Positions 13,175 through 25,898 of a stretch of 51,029 bases of DNA are shown here, piece by piece. A program made the translations under genes and the position numbers. The stretch is from Octopus bimaculoides (taxonomy: Eukaryota): assembly GCF_001194135.2 (NCBI RefSeq), contig NC_069008.1, positions 101,754-152,782 of the forward strand. The letters are read 5' to 3'. The stretch's first letter is position 1, and each line of letters begins with the position of its first letter. The notes under the pieces are model-generated. The model made no database searches. It was not told the DNA's origin and saw only the letters and a list, made by a program, of their open reading frames with translations.

Positions 13175-15022
13175 TATATTCACATTTCCAACAGGGTGCA
13201 AACCCGTCATCAGCTATTTTATTCCTTTCAGGTACAGAAATTATCAAACATTAATTAACAAACATGTAAACATTTAGGTCGGTAGAATGAAAGAGAGGTC
13301 TGATGTGATTATGGACACATCCTGCAATGACGATCTGAGCGTTGAGCAAGAGACCCTCCACCCAAAACCTCACAAGCGAGGGACAGTAATACATATTCTT
13401 CTGGGTGAGTAAAATGACAACAGGTGTCGGGTGGGAATATAGTTAGCCGAGATATGGACAGGTAAACTAATTAAGGTAGACTGGTTGCGACATATGATAA
13501 TTAAGTCGAGATTAGCTATAGACAATTCAATAGCAGTTATCTCTGCCTCACAAACAGAATTGACAAGAACATGCCTGCTTCCATGAGTCTGTTCTTCAAC
13601 GACCGACATCAACTTCACCATCATGGCTGGCAACTTCAATGCTTAGGCTGGCCAAAACGACAACAACTGCTATAGCATAGATGGAAACTATGGTTATAGT
13701 TCTAGAAATCGGGAGGATGTAAAGCTCCTGGAGTTCTGTGAGGCAATTGATTCAAGCAATTTCCAACAGAGACTTTATTGAAACCAGCTAATCTCTAAAA
13801 GCTGATCCTGACAAAAGGCCGAGATATGTAGCACAATGCATATGTATATATATATGTATATATATGTATATATATAAAACGAGAGAGAGAGAGAGAAATA
13901 TATATGACTTACCTTCTTAAATTTCTCGTTCAGTTTTTCCAAAAGATCAGCAAAATCTCTCTGCAAATACAAAGACACTTCTTAGTGTTGTCACACACAC
14001 GCACACACATCCTTTTTAGGATGTATAATTATATCTAGAATATTTTACAATCTGCACGTATGTTTGTGTGTGCATGTGTACTTATGTGTGTGAGTACATA
14101 GACAACCTCAGAGGGAGGAACTTTCTTGATGCAATCCCATGGTCATTCATAACTGAAGGGGGTCATTACCCTTACACACACACACAAACGTATATATATC
14201 TACATACACATGCACTCTCACAGACAGCTAGATAGATAGATAGATAGATCCATACATACACACACACACACATACATACATACATATACACATATATAGT
14301 CAAGTGTTTAAACTCATTGAGACAAGACAAAAAAGGAGGAGAAAAACAACAGTGACACCAACAACAACAACAGTAAGAAGAAGAAGGCAGAGAGGGAGGA
14401 GGAGGAGACAGAGAACACAGAAGCTTTTGTGAAACGTCTTACCACAGCCTGGTGTGATTGTTGAACCTGTGAATCATAGAGTTGTCTCTTGGCCTGCAAC
14501 AGAGGAGAACAGAGGCGAGTTAGATGCGTCTCTTCTTTACTTTATGTCTCTGACTATATACACACGTGTGTGTGTATGTGTAAATATATATAAAATTATA
14601 ATTAAGAGTATCTAAGAGGTACCACCATGCTAGAGATAGCAGTCAAAATTTGACTCTAAAACCACTGGTTTTAGAATCAAGTTTTGACTGCTATCTCTAG
14701 CATGGTGGTACCTCTTAGATACCCATAATTATAATTTTAATAATAAGGTTTCTATTCCCATGCTGGCCACCTGATATGATCGGCATTTCAAATAACAATC
14801 TTCTCCTTATACATATATATACATATATATACATACATATATACACACACACATACATTGTACATACAAATAAAATAATTTTTCAGATGCAGAGTCGCTG
14901 TCAGAACAGCAGAAAGATTGGGTAAATTTTCCCTTATAAGGCAGAAAAATTTATCGACAACCAGCCCTGGGACTCAAGCCAGTATCACTCAGAGCCTCCA
15001 GCTCAGTGCTTTACCAGTAAGC

Positions 15023-15108
<86 letters not shown>

Positions 15109-18100
15109 GGCCAGTGAAGGAATGGCAGAACAACAAAAAGTACCAGCTGTACTCACAGGTTCTCCAATCATGTCAAAAGCATGGTGAAGTATCTTGAACG
15201 CTTCTTCAGCACCAGTTTGGGAATTCTACAAACAACAATAACAACAACATCAGTTTCACAATGTGTGTGTGTGTGTGTGTGTGTGTACTCAAAACGATAC
15301 ATACACATTTATAGACCAGTTTCTAACACAATGTTTGAATAATATATAAATCCTGAAAATGAGTCGGAAATGGTTTTGGAGCTCATAAGACCAGTTTCTT
15401 AACAACCTAGCTAAAACCAAAGTCCTAATAAGTAGGAAGGCAGACAAACCACAAACCCATTCAGGTAGATGGCCCTGCTCAATCTGTAGAAAAGGCGTAG
15501 GTAGAAACTTCACAAGATGTACCCAGTGTAAGCTATGGACACATAAGATTTGCAGCGATATCAAAGGAAGGCTAACTGGGAAGATAGTTTGCTCTTACCT
15601 CTGCTGGTGACAAAGGGCCTCTCGCTCAGAGTAAAAGGTAGACTGTGTGATGCATGTGTACAAACAGCCATGCTACATGGCAGTGAAACATGGGCCATCT
15701 CTGCTGAGGACATGCATAAGCTCGCAAGGAATGAAGCCAGTATTCTCCGATGGATGTGTAATGTCAGTGTGCACACTTGACAGAGTGTAAGCGCCCTGAG
15801 AGAAAAGTTGGACCTCAGAAGCATCAGTTGTAGTGTGCAAGAGAGGCGATTGCGCTGGTATGGACATGTGGCGAGAATGGATTAGGGTAGCTAGTGCCTC
15901 ACCCTAGTGGTTGAGGGAACCTGTGGAAGAGGTAGACCCAGGAAAACTTGGGATGAGGTGGTGAAGCATGACCTTCGAACATTAGGCCTCACCGAGGCAA
16001 TGACTAGTGACCGAGACCTTTGGAAATATGCTGTGTGTGAGAAGACCCGGCTAGCCAAGTGAACCAGCCCACTTATGCGTACCTTTCCTTCATTGGACAC
16101 TAAACTTTGCTTGCGAAGACCTGTTCAAGCAAGTGAAATCAAAATCAAATCAAATTCGCAAATTCTGACTGGCTTCCGTTGTAGAAACTCTGCCAGATCA
16201 GATTGGAGCCTGGTGTGGCCATCTGGTTCACCAGTCCTCAGTTAAATCGTCCAACCCATGCTAGCATGGAAAGCGGAGGTTAAATGATGATGATGATATA
16301 TATATATATATATATATATAAACATATGCATTCATAGGCTTGCCTGTGTGGTAAGAAGTGATATGCAATGACTGTTAGAGAGAGGGGATGGTCACGGATG
16401 GAGCATCAAAGTGAAAAGTTCTTACCTTGTCTGGATGAACAAGAATTGCTTGCTTCTTGTAATACTTCTTTATGTCTTCATCTGTGCTCTGGCATTTCAG
16501 ACCTAAAATACTGGGTACAAACACAGACCAATATATATACATATATATACACACACACACGCACACATACTTACATACATGCACATACATACCAAAATAT
16601 ACTTATATAGGCACACACACACACACACGTGTGTGTGTGTGTGTGTGTGTTGCAGAGATAATCCACATTTCTCGTATATAAGTGTTATAAAGCATTTGAA
16701 AATGTTTGGACACATGAATTGCTGTGATGTTTCAGTACTTCATAATCTAACAGGAAATAAAATTTCAAAGGACTACATTTCCATTTGTTTAAATGCAACC
16801 AAAATGATCCATTTTTGAAAAGGACAATCGCAGGCAATGGATTTTTGGCAACAAGGTGGTATTGAAAAAAATCCTGAAGACAATAAAAGAAACCACTTTT
16901 AATTAGTCCAAGAAACATTCCTTATGTGAAGAAGGTGTTGTTCTGTATTTGGTGGGATTGAAAAGGTTTTATGTATTATGAGGTCTTTTGTTACAAAGAG
17001 CTCTTATGTAGAAATCAGATAAATATTGTTTACAATTAAACAGATTAAAAGTGGTAATCAATGGAAAACTTCCAGAATTGCTCAATCAGAAAGGAGTTGT
17101 TTTCCTTCAAGACAATGCTTGACCTCGTGTTTCCCAGCAAACTCGGCAGAAATTGGTACAGCTTGACTGGAATGCCCTGCAACACCAACTGTATTCACCA
17201 GGATTTGTACGTTCAGATTTCAATATAATTTGATCTCTTATCAATTAGAATTGTTTGAAAAAGTGTCCAAATGACTTGGACAATATCATTATCCAGAATG
17301 ATGCCAGCTTTTGGGAGGAAGGGATCGTGAAGTTATCTCAAAGATGGCAGATGTGTGGTTGAATAAAGTTGTGTACAAATATCGAAATATTGGTTTTGAA
17401 TTTTACTTAAAAACCAGAACGAACTTTTGTTGCAACAAATACTTATATATATACACACATATATAGAATGTGTGAGAAAGAGTGAGAGACAATACCTATA
17501 AGGGTCTTTTCCACGACAATTCAACAATCTTTGCATAGCTTCTTCACCTGGAAGTAAAAGAGAGCGTGTGAAGGGGTTTAAGACAAACATTTGGTATAGT
17601 TATATGAACAGGGCTTGTCCCTACTTCTTCTGGGTCAAGCATCTCCCCCTCCCCACACCTGATTCTCATCCCTAACATCCATGGGACTTCTCTTATCACC
17701 TGAGAGCTGAACCAACACACATTGCATCCTGCCTCCATCCCTCCTTCCTTACCCACATTAGGATCCCTACCAATACTCTTCCTACCACTCACCTCTCTCC
17801 ACATCCTTAACATCTCCCTTATTTGCCATCATTCTCAATGCCCCCCCNNNNNNNNNNNNNNNNNNNNNNNNNNNNNNNNNNNNNNNNNNNNNNNNNNNNN
17901 NNNNNNNNNNNNNNNNNNNNNNNNNNNNNNNNNNNNNNNNNNNNNNNNNNNNNNNNNNNNNNNNNNNNNNNNNNNNNNNNNNNNNNNNNNNNNNNNNNNN
18001 NNNNNNNNNNNNNNNNNNNNNNNNNNNNNNNNNNNNNNNNNNNNNNNNNNNNNNNNNNNNNNNNNNNNNNNNNNNNNNTCCTCCCACCCACCCGCATCAC

Positions 18101-21100
18101 ATCTTATGAAAGCATCCACTCTCTCCTCCCATGACCCACCCTCCATAGCCGCCTTGTACCTTGACCGTTTGCTTCGACACCCCATCACATCCTTTCTTTT
18201 ATCTTCTCATCTGCTCCTACCCACCCATATATATATAAAAAGGGGTTTGCCATATATGTCCCTCGATCTTACATTCAGCACAAACCCTAACCCCTCTCAA
18301 ATACTTGCCATTTAGCCCAGGCAAGATTTAGTGGTTTGTCCCATCTGAGAGGGCTACACTTTCAACAGCAGATGAGATGGACCCATCCATTACAATGACA
18401 ACAACAACATGGAAAATGGGAGTAGAACGAGGAGGATGGTGATGGTAACAACACCGTCACATTTAATTGTTTGCCTCACTTCATCATCATCAATGTACAT
18501 CTTCCATGCTGGCATGGGTGGGACGATTTGAGAGGAGCCAGCCAGGTGGAAGCCTGCATCAGACTTCTCTGTTTTGGCAGGGATTTTACAGCTGGACGCC
18601 CTTCCTAACACCAATCACTCAGCAGAATGGGCCAAGCACTTCATACTGGTCAAAGTTAGGCTCGACAACGACAACAACAACAACAACACTCACCTGTAGC
18701 GGGAAGTTTGATGTTTTCATCAAGACCAATTCTGTAAGCAAACTTTTCATCCATCTGCTTTCGTTTGCTGCCTCCCTGGGACAGGTGTCTCTTCCAGACA
18801 TGCATTAAGACCAATGTCCATAAATGGCTGACCACTAATATAAGGACATGCAGCACAGTGGTGACACTGAAGGGTAACAGAGAGAGAGAGAGAGAGAAAA
18901 AGAGAAAGAGAGAGATCACAATCATCACCAGCAACACCATCATCAACGGTCAGAATGGTGTTGAGTCACTTGACCGTTAAAATACATGCAATATAGATCA
19001 GGTGAGTCAGAGCTAATTCTGGAGCTGCAACCCATCATCATCATCATCATCATCATCATTTAACGGATGTTTTCCATGATGGCATGGGTTGAGGAGCAGC
19101 TTCAATGAAAACTGTGAATTGAAGAGCTGCACCAGCTTCCCATCTCGTTTGGCACGGTTTCTACGGCTGGATGCCCTTCCTGACACCAACCACTCCAAGT
19201 GTGTAGTCAGTGCTTTTCTTTATGTGCCACTCACATGACACCAGCATCGGCCACCTGCTTGAACAGTGCTTTTTACATGCCACCAACATGGGTGCCAGTC
19301 GACTGTCACTCGCCTCGGCCATGGTTACGACCACAGTTCCACCAATTCTTTGCCCCAGGCTGCTATTTTTTTCTTTGGAGCAGGAGGAACTCTAAAGGAC
19401 GAAAAACAATGCTGACCTCACAAGGATTTGATCCCAGATTATAGAGATAAGGAACTAATATTCTTAATCATTCTGCTAATATACAGGGTGTTTCAAAAGT
19501 TTATGTCACATTCTAAGAACTCTTGTATCATGAACTACAAATGGTAGCATGATTGAATTGGTGCCATTTAAAAGCTAAAAGTGTCAAGTTTTCTTCTGTG
19601 AATTTTAATATTCTTTCCTAAACTATTGAGGAAATGTTTCCTTTTTCTCTTTCTGGGTGCTGACAATATCTTCCCTTATTAACCAACAAAATGCAACTGG
19701 TGTTTTTGAGTTATTCCCCTTCGAACAATAAAAACACAGAGGTACACAGCCGAAAGTTAGACAAAGATGGTGACGTGCAGACAGCGAGACAATCAGTGTA
19801 CTTACATAGCCAATAGTAAGACCATCGTAGTGACAGACAGAGTCCATAGTTGCTGGCCCAGCCAATAGAGTTTCTCGTTAAATAATTTGGACATTTTAGC
19901 TGAGAGGAAAAAAAGAAATAATTAGTGGTTGTGTAAGATTGATCTATAGTCAATTGACCCTTTTCATCTGTTTCTCGTTAAACAACTTAATCCTCACTCC
20001 CCCACCCCACCCCACCATTCCAATCACAAAAGATTGGCCATTGAAAAGGTGATTACAGTGGCAGTGCTCCAGCATGGTCAAAGCCACTGGGCTGAAAAGG
20101 ATAAAAGACTATATAGAGGACTCCCTCTATCAGAGTAAAAGACAGACTGTATGATGCTTGTGTATGAACGGTTGTATTCCATGATAATGAGACATGGCCC
20201 CTGAATGCAGAAGACAGAGATAAATTAGAGAGAAATGGAATCTGGTGTGCTTCGATGGATGTGCAACATCAGTGTGCATGTGCAACAACAAAGTGCAAAC
20301 GTGCTGACAGAAAAGTTGGACATAAGAGGAATCAATTGCAGTATGCAAGAGAGAAGACAGCTGCATGAAGAAGTGCCAATCACTGAAAGTAGAGGACACC
20401 TGTGGAAGAGATAGGATTATGTGGTGAGGACCGATCTCAGGATGGAAGAGATGTCCAAGATGACCGGCAATATGAGGTTCTTGAGAAGACCCACTCACTT
20501 CAGTGAAACCGAGTCTCTGGAAGCACTGTGTGTTCCACCCACATGTAACAATACAATGGTTAGCCCATCTCTCTCTCCGATGTCAGTATGCTTGGCCTAT
20601 GCTATCCTCACTCGACACAATGTTCCAATAGCTGGGACATTCTAGAAACCTTTTATTATATAAGAAAATTAAATGTCCTTGTCAAGTCTTGCCAAACTGT
20701 TGGCCTTTTCTTTTCTGTTTCAATGTATACCTATACTGACTCAAGGGGAAGCCACTTCCAGCTGCCTTGGACAAAGCAGTCACAAAATCACATCTGGAAT
20801 TTTAGGGGCAAAACGATTTGAGCCTTCAGAGAGCATAGCTATTGGTTGGGAGTCAACCTGATTGACGAAAACTCCTAGTATCCTTTATATATATATATAT
20901 ATATATATATNNNNNNNNNNNNNNNNNNNNNNNNNNNNNNNNNNNNNNNNNNNNNNNNNNNNNNNNNNNNNNNNNNNNNNNNNNNNNNNNNNNNNNNNNN
21001 NNNNNNNNNNNNNNNNNNNNNNNNNNNNNNNNNNNNNNNNNNNNNNNNNNNNNNNNNNNNNNNNNNNNNNNNNNNNNNNNNNNNNNNNNNNNNNNNNNNN

Positions 21101-23224
21101 NNNNNNNNNNNNNNNNNNNNNNNNNNNNNNNNNNNNNNNNNNNNNNNNNNNNNNNNNNNNNNNNNNNNNNNNNNNNNNNNNNNNNNNNNNNNNNNNNNNN
21201 NNNNNNNNNNNNNNNNNNNNNNNNNNNNNNNNNNNNNNNNNNNNNNNNNNNNNNNNNNNNNNNNNNNNNNNNNNNNNNNNNNNNNNNNNNNNNNNNNNNN
21301 NNNNNNNNNNNNNNNNNNNNNNNNNNNNNNNNNNNNNNNNNNNNNNNNNNNNNNNNNNNNNNNNNNNNNNNNNNNNNNNNNNNNNNNNNNNNNNNNNNNN
21401 CCGGTTCCTCCTCTACCACCACCACCACCGCTGCTGCTACCACCACTACCACTACCACCACCGCCGCCGCCGCCACCACCACCACAACCACCATTGCCTC
21501 CGCTACCAGCGCCATCATCCAGTCTTCCTGACTTGCCTCCACTCCGACTATTATTGTTATAACTGCCACCACCACCACCACCACCACCACTACTACAGCT
21601 ACTCATGTTCGGGTGGCTATGTTTACCATGGACAACATTATCATTGTTACTATCGCAATGAGTATTACCACTGTTATCATTATGATTATTATTAGCATTA
21701 TTATTTCTATTATTATTATTATAATTATTAGTGTTGTTGTTGTTGTTGTTATTATTATTATTGCTAGTGTTGCTTGTGTAAGCAGGATGTTGGTGGGGCG
21801 GAGCATCCGCGGCGCAGGCAGTGGTGTTGGTGCACTTCTTCAAGTGGCGCAGGTCATTATTGATGTACCCCAAGGACTGCCTGTGCTGCCACCTACCCGG
21901 GGACCGTGATGGCATTCCATTGTTTAGTATGTGTGGGGATGGAGTGCTCCGCCGCCTCATGCCACCCTCACCGCCGCCATCACCCAATGGAGACTCTGGC
22001 AGTTGTCTCTGTTGGCGACGGTGGCTCTGTCCATCTTCCGTGCTTTTGAAGCCATCCGGGCTGTACTTGGGATGCTGCTGGTGCTGCTGGGGAAGGTGCC
22101 ACGACCCAGCAAAGGGTGGGGAAGGAGGAGAAGGACTAGTAAAGAGACTGTGGTGTGACAATGACGATGATGATGATGACACGGGTGTTGATATTGCTGC
22201 TGAGGAAGATGGCGTTGAAGAGAAGAAAGCAGGAGATAGTGGAGGAGGAGGAGGAGGAGGAGGAAGGGCTGCTGCAGTGAAGTTCTTCTTCTTCTTCCTG
22301 CTGCTGCGAGAAGGTTTGCTGCTTGGCCTGTCTGACCTCTCGTACAAAGGCGACACCCTATTCTCTCGCTCCGCATCGCCACCGCCAACACTAGCATCGC
22401 TACTGCCACTGCATACAACGGTTCTATCTTTTCTGGTAGTGGATGTTGCTGTTGCTGTTGCTGTTGTTGTTGTTGTTAAGCCCATTGCATTCTCATACAC
22501 AGGGACATTTGCAAAGGACGCAGATTTTCTCCCATTGTCAATACTACTGTGACCCCTACTTTCAACAGGGGCCGAAGAGAACATTGCACTCGCTGAGGCA
22601 GTTGGATTGGGTTGTGAAGAAAGGGAAACACCCAAGCCTGATGCCGACAAGGGGACACTAAAACTGGGTGTTGAGAGGCACGCACCAATGCCAGGCACAG
22701 GTGAAGGGGTCATACCAAAACTAGGTGCTGAGAGGGTTGCATGGAGGCCCGATGCAGAAAGGCTTGACGTAGAGGGAGAGAGTGATGCTGAGCTGAAGAC
22801 AGGTGTCGTCTTCTGTCTCTCTTTGGACAGCTTTGCTACCTGTGAATAGGTACGTCTCGATGAACACACTTCTTCTTTGTTGTTGCAGTTACCACCCTGC
22901 TCCGATGTCGAGGTCAGAGGGTGTTTTGGTAAATTTGATGCTGCTGTTGGTGTTGCTGCAGCTGCTACTGATGGTGGTGATGGTGCAGCAGCACTATCGA
23001 CAAGGAGCTCAGAGTACACAAATTCATTATTGTAAGTCCAAGAATGGACTCGGAGTTGTGGCGAAGCCCCTGCAAACTCTGTTGACATTCCAAGTGGCCG
23101 ACACTCCTCCTCCCGCATTCGTTGTTGCTGCTGCTGCTGCTGTTCCCATAATTGCATTTGTTGTTGTTGATAATGTTGATGTTGCACAGCATGGTCTTGT
23201 TGAAGGAACTGCAAATGCTGCTGC

Positions 23225-23257
<33 letters not shown>

Positions 23258-24566
23258 AGCAACAGCTGGTGCAGTACATATGCACGGCTGGCTTCGGCAG
23301 ACTTCCTTTCACTGCCAATCGCACTCTTGGTCGACGACATACAGTAAAGCGGGAGAGCATCCCCGCAGTGAGTGGGAAGTGGCAGTGGCACCGGGAGCGA
23401 AGGGGACAGTGGCGGCAGTGACAAAGGTAATGTTGGAGAGGAAGACGTAGGTAGAGTTGGAGGGATTACGACAGAGACACCTCCAAGCTGTTCTCCCCCA
23501 TGACATGGCTGAGAGCCAGGGACACTGCCAGTCATAGTGGTGGTGGTCATGGTATGCAGGGGAAGCTGAGCAAAGGCTTGTTGCATCTCCGCAATGGAAA
23601 TGAATTCCTCGTCCTTGAAACCGTTCTGAAGGCAACAACTATCTCCAGCTTCGCTGCCAACAATGGCCCCAGTACTAATGGGTTGCTCCAGCAAGGNNNN
23701 NNNNNNNNNNNNNNNNNNNNNNNNNNNNNNNNNNNNNNNNNNNNNNNNNNNNNNNNNNNNNNNNNNNNNNNNNNNNNNNNNNNNNNNNNNNNNNNNNNNN
23801 NNNNNNNNNNNNNNNNNNNNNNNNNNNNNNNNNNNNNNNNNNNNNNNNNNNNNNNNNNNNNNNNNNNNNNNNNNNNNNNNNNNNNNNNNNNNNNNNNNNN
23901 NNNNNNNNNNNNNNNNNNNNNNNNNNNNNNNNNNNNNNNNNNNNNNNNNNNNNNNNNNNNNNNNNNNNNNNNNNNNTGGGCTTTGGTTAAGGTTTCACTG
24001 GAGACCAAGTTGAGGACAGGGTTGGCTGTGAGGTCGCAGATAGTCAACAGGGGTGCTGCAGACGATGCTGCTATTGTTGTCATGGCAACGGTCGTCAAGG
24101 AAGCTTCAGCCACTGTTGACGTCAACGAGGCATTTGTTGTTGTTGTTGTTGTCAATGAGGCACTAATTGCCCTCGTCATGACAGATGAAGATGAATGCGA
24201 GGGGATGGCAGTGTTTGCATCCAGGGAGCATGCATTGGCGGGGTGACTGTGACAGCTGTATGTAGGTTGAGCCAAGGGGAACAGAGACATAGTGCCACCA
24301 ACACTGGTGGCACTACCATCCACTACTACACTTCTGAAACCAGCCCAGTTGATGTTGCTATTACTACTATTACTACCAGAACTGCTGCTACTTGTCAAAC
24401 TCTTGCTCTTGTCCGTACTCAGATCCACACCACCACCACCACTGTCCAGGCAGTAGGTGTACTCCTCGTGCAGGTGAGTATTCGCTGTGTACTCTTTGCC
24501 TGTTGCACAATGTCCTCCCACACCAAACCTGAAGCCAGCATCCCTGTTGTTCACTGTGTCGACCAT
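9814..24566 (-). CDS. DNAJC14: DnaJ homolog subfamily C member 14 (DRiP78/Jiv), 12 visible coding exons
   Basis: Exons on the minus strand: 24566-(<=21401, donor in gap 20911-21400), 19899-19806, 18866-18694, 17547-17496, 16510-16426, 15225-15157, 14493-14443, 13960-13913, 12513-12394, 10898-10797, 10323-10232, 10069-9814(TGA). All visible introns are GT-AG with matching phases. Joined peptide includes NIKLPATGEEAMQRLLNCRGKDPYSILGL...KKQAILVHPDKNSQTGAEEAFKIL (J-domain, HPD), CDKC...H...ARYCQSC...H...GDVWAES...YDITEWVSCQ (Jiv90) and a basic C-terminus KRRRRKKKN. Confidence 0.93.
10232..12513 (-). CDS. DNAJC14: DNAJC14 Jiv90 zinc-binding module exons (12513-12394, 10898-10797, 10323-10232)
   Basis: EANMMNCDKCGGKHQRIPLSRPWYSARYCQSCKTNHAANE | GDVWAESTVLGFLWHYYTCIDGVIYDITEWVSCQ | KKLFKHMKSNAHRVSYRI; the CxxC...H and CxxC...H pattern is typical of Jiv90. 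Confidence 0.92.
11051..11190. repeat. Imperfect ~140-bp inverted repeat (foldback) in a DNAJC14 intron
   Basis: taattgaaaaaaatggagtcaacaagaaggg pairs with ccctttcttgttcactccattttttttcaatta. The inner ttttttaatcactaca pairs with tgtagtgattaaaaaa. Confidence 0.85.
11540..11830 (-). mobile_element. Internally deleted mariner transposase remnant
   Basis: Minus translation LLWRVITGDDSWIFE*DP (first catalytic D region, ITGDESW) joined to a C-terminal ...RLKGDDFEGK. Confidence 0.7.
12540..13170. repeat. (TA)n/(TACA)n microsatellite flanking gap 12649-13109
   Basis: Direct reading. Similar tracts at 15027-15102 (TA then GA), 20887-20910, 26400-26935, 31410-31726, 36866-36905 (GA), 39145-39275 and 44820-45155. 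Confidence 0.95.
13330..13790 (+). mobile_element. RTE-clade LINE apurinic endonuclease remnant
   Basis: Translation FTIMAGNFNA*AGQNDNNCYSIDGNYGYSSRNREDVKLLEFCEA matches the RTE AGDFNxHVG...GxGxRNxEGxRLLEFC motif. It contains stops. Confidence 0.7.
14443..17547 (-). CDS. DNAJC14: DNAJC14 J-domain exons (17547-17496, 16510-16426, 15225-15157, 14493-14443)
   Basis: KDPYSILGLKCQSTDEDIKKYYKKQAILVHPDKNSQTGAEEAFKILHHAFDMIGEPAKRQLYD, a canonical J-domain with an intact HPD. Confidence 0.95.
14592..14738. repeat. Near-perfect 147-bp palindrome centred on 14665
   Basis: The 41-nt gtatctaagaggtaccaccatgctagagatagcagtcaaaa has an exact reverse complement on the other arm. Arms are 73 nt each around a single central C. 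Confidence 0.95.
15550..16065 (+). mobile_element. RTE-clade LINE 3' fragment
   Basis: LLPLLVTKGLSLRVKGRLCDACVQTAMLHGSETW...RLRWYGHVARM...GRGRPRKTW motifs. Related copies at ~20125-20510(+), 28605-28955(+), 49600-49985(+) and 49995-50255(-). Confidence 0.85.
16100..16290 (-). mobile_element. SINE-like repeat, family B (catcatcatcgtttaacgtccg...ttccatgctagcatgggttggac / ctggatgcccttcctaacgccaaccac)
   Basis: Recurs at ~18470-18620, 19035-19320, 25190-25395, 33490-33740, 46060-46285, 47650-47940 and 50385-50660 in both orientations. Confidence 0.7.
16740..17440 (+). mobile_element. Mariner transposase pseudogene (3' two-thirds plus right TIR)
   Basis: KKVLFCIWWD*KGFMYYE...KGVVFLQDNA*PR...QLYSPG..RSDF matches the mariner VWWD / HQDNARPH / YSPDLAPSDY motifs. 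It ends in an aaaaccagaacgaacttttgttgcaac TIR-like sequence. Confidence 0.8.
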
Positions 24567-24639
24567 TGTAGCAGGATCACTGGGGTCTCATAGCCGGGTG
24601 ATGAAAAAATAATGGCCTGGCAAAATGGGTTGAATAAAC
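21401..24639 (-). CDS. DNAJC14: Giant first coding exon of DNAJC14 (ATG 24566), low-complexity N-terminus
   Basis: Acceptor ttcttgtttttctcag|G at 24639. An in-frame TGA upstream of ATG 24566 supports that start. Frames are open on both sides of gap 23697-23976 and stay open for ~765 codons to gap 20911-21400. Linkage to the downstream exons is inferred. Confidence 0.75.
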
Positions 24640-25898
24640 CTGAGAAAAACAAGAATAAAAAAACTCATTATAATGAATATATGTTAGAAGGATACCCGGC
24701 ATTGTCCTGAAAATGAAGCACTTCTCTGTTAGTTAATGATTTGAACTCAAATCTTTGAGGTTCTGCAGAAGATTTACTATCTCAGACACATTTATGACAT
24801 TTGTTATTTTACAACTGAACAATTTATTTATTTTAGTAAGTAATTTGATTAACATGCAACAGTTACTATGGATACATATTGATTATAATAATAGAATAAA
24901 CAGGTGTGATTTAAGAGGAAACAGCTGGGATTTACCTTAACTGTGTGAGAGAGAGAGAGAGAGAGAGTGGGAGAGTGTGTATGGGTGTGTGACTGTGTAT
25001 GTGTGTGCATGCGTCACTGAGTGAGTGTGTGTGAAATATGACGTGTGTATAAGTGACTCTGTGTCTAAGTGACTGTGTGAGTGTGTGCAAAGAAGGGGTG
25101 GAAGACGACTTCAGGACACTGAACCTTTCAGACAAGATAACAAAGTACGAAAATGCCTGGCACTTTTCTGTACTTGAGAAAACCCTGTACTCTACAGCAG
25201 AACTGTTGAGGCCAATCCACCCTGGGAAGAAGATTGGTCTGGAAGGGTCTTGTGCCAGTGGCACATAAAGAGCCCCCAGCTGCAGGAAGCAAGCCAAAAA
25301 AGGACTGGTCCAAATCTGGTGCAGCTGCCCAGCTTACCAGCCCTGGTCAAGCCATCCAACCCATGCCAGCATGGGCAATGGACGTTAAATGATGATGATG
25401 ACACACAAGGACACATGCAGTGACAGTGTGGGGCTAAATAGGAGATTCAGTGAGACACAATGTTCTTGAGCAAGACACTTTACTTCACATTGCTCTAGTC
25501 CACTCAGGTGACAAAAATGAGTTGTACCTGTAATTCAAAAGGGCTGGCCTTGTAACACTCTGTGTAAGACTGAATCCTTCTGAAGTATGTTAAGGGTACA
25601 GTGTCTGCGGAGTACTCAGCAACTTACACGTTAATGTCATGAGCGTTTTGTTGATTGAGTCAACTGGAACGTTTGTCATCATGCTCAGACCTTGAGTTAC
25701 ATGCTTACATCTGCTAAATACTGATATATATGTCTATATATATATATAACAGTCATCATCATCATCATCATCATCGTTTAACGTCCGCTTTCCATGCTNN
25801 NNNNNNNNNNNNNNNNNNNNNNNNNNNNNNNNNNNNNNNNNNNNNNNNNNNNNNNNNNNNNNNNNNNNNNNNNNNNNNNNNNNNNNNNNNNNNNNNNN

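Noticed and set aside
13180-13220. Minus-strand CUGAUGA-C-GGGU-uugc-ACCC hammerhead-like start
   Set aside because: Five extra nucleotides before GAAA and no convincing helix I or III.
14887-14921. Plus-strand exon-like 35-mer (tttcag|ATGCAGAG...TGG|gtaaat)
   Set aside because: Isolated, with no compatible partner exons found, and adjacent to a SINE-like fragment.
21821-23523. Plus-strand ORFs (243, 215 aa and others) opposite the DNAJC14 giant exon
   Set aside because: Antisense shadows of a trinucleotide-repeat-rich coding exon; no independent signals.
24936-24940. Possible 5-nt micro-exon (cag|TTAAG|gtaaat) upstream of the DNAJC14 start exon
   Set aside because: The acceptor tract is a (CT)n microsatellite and could be chance; untestable without RNA data.
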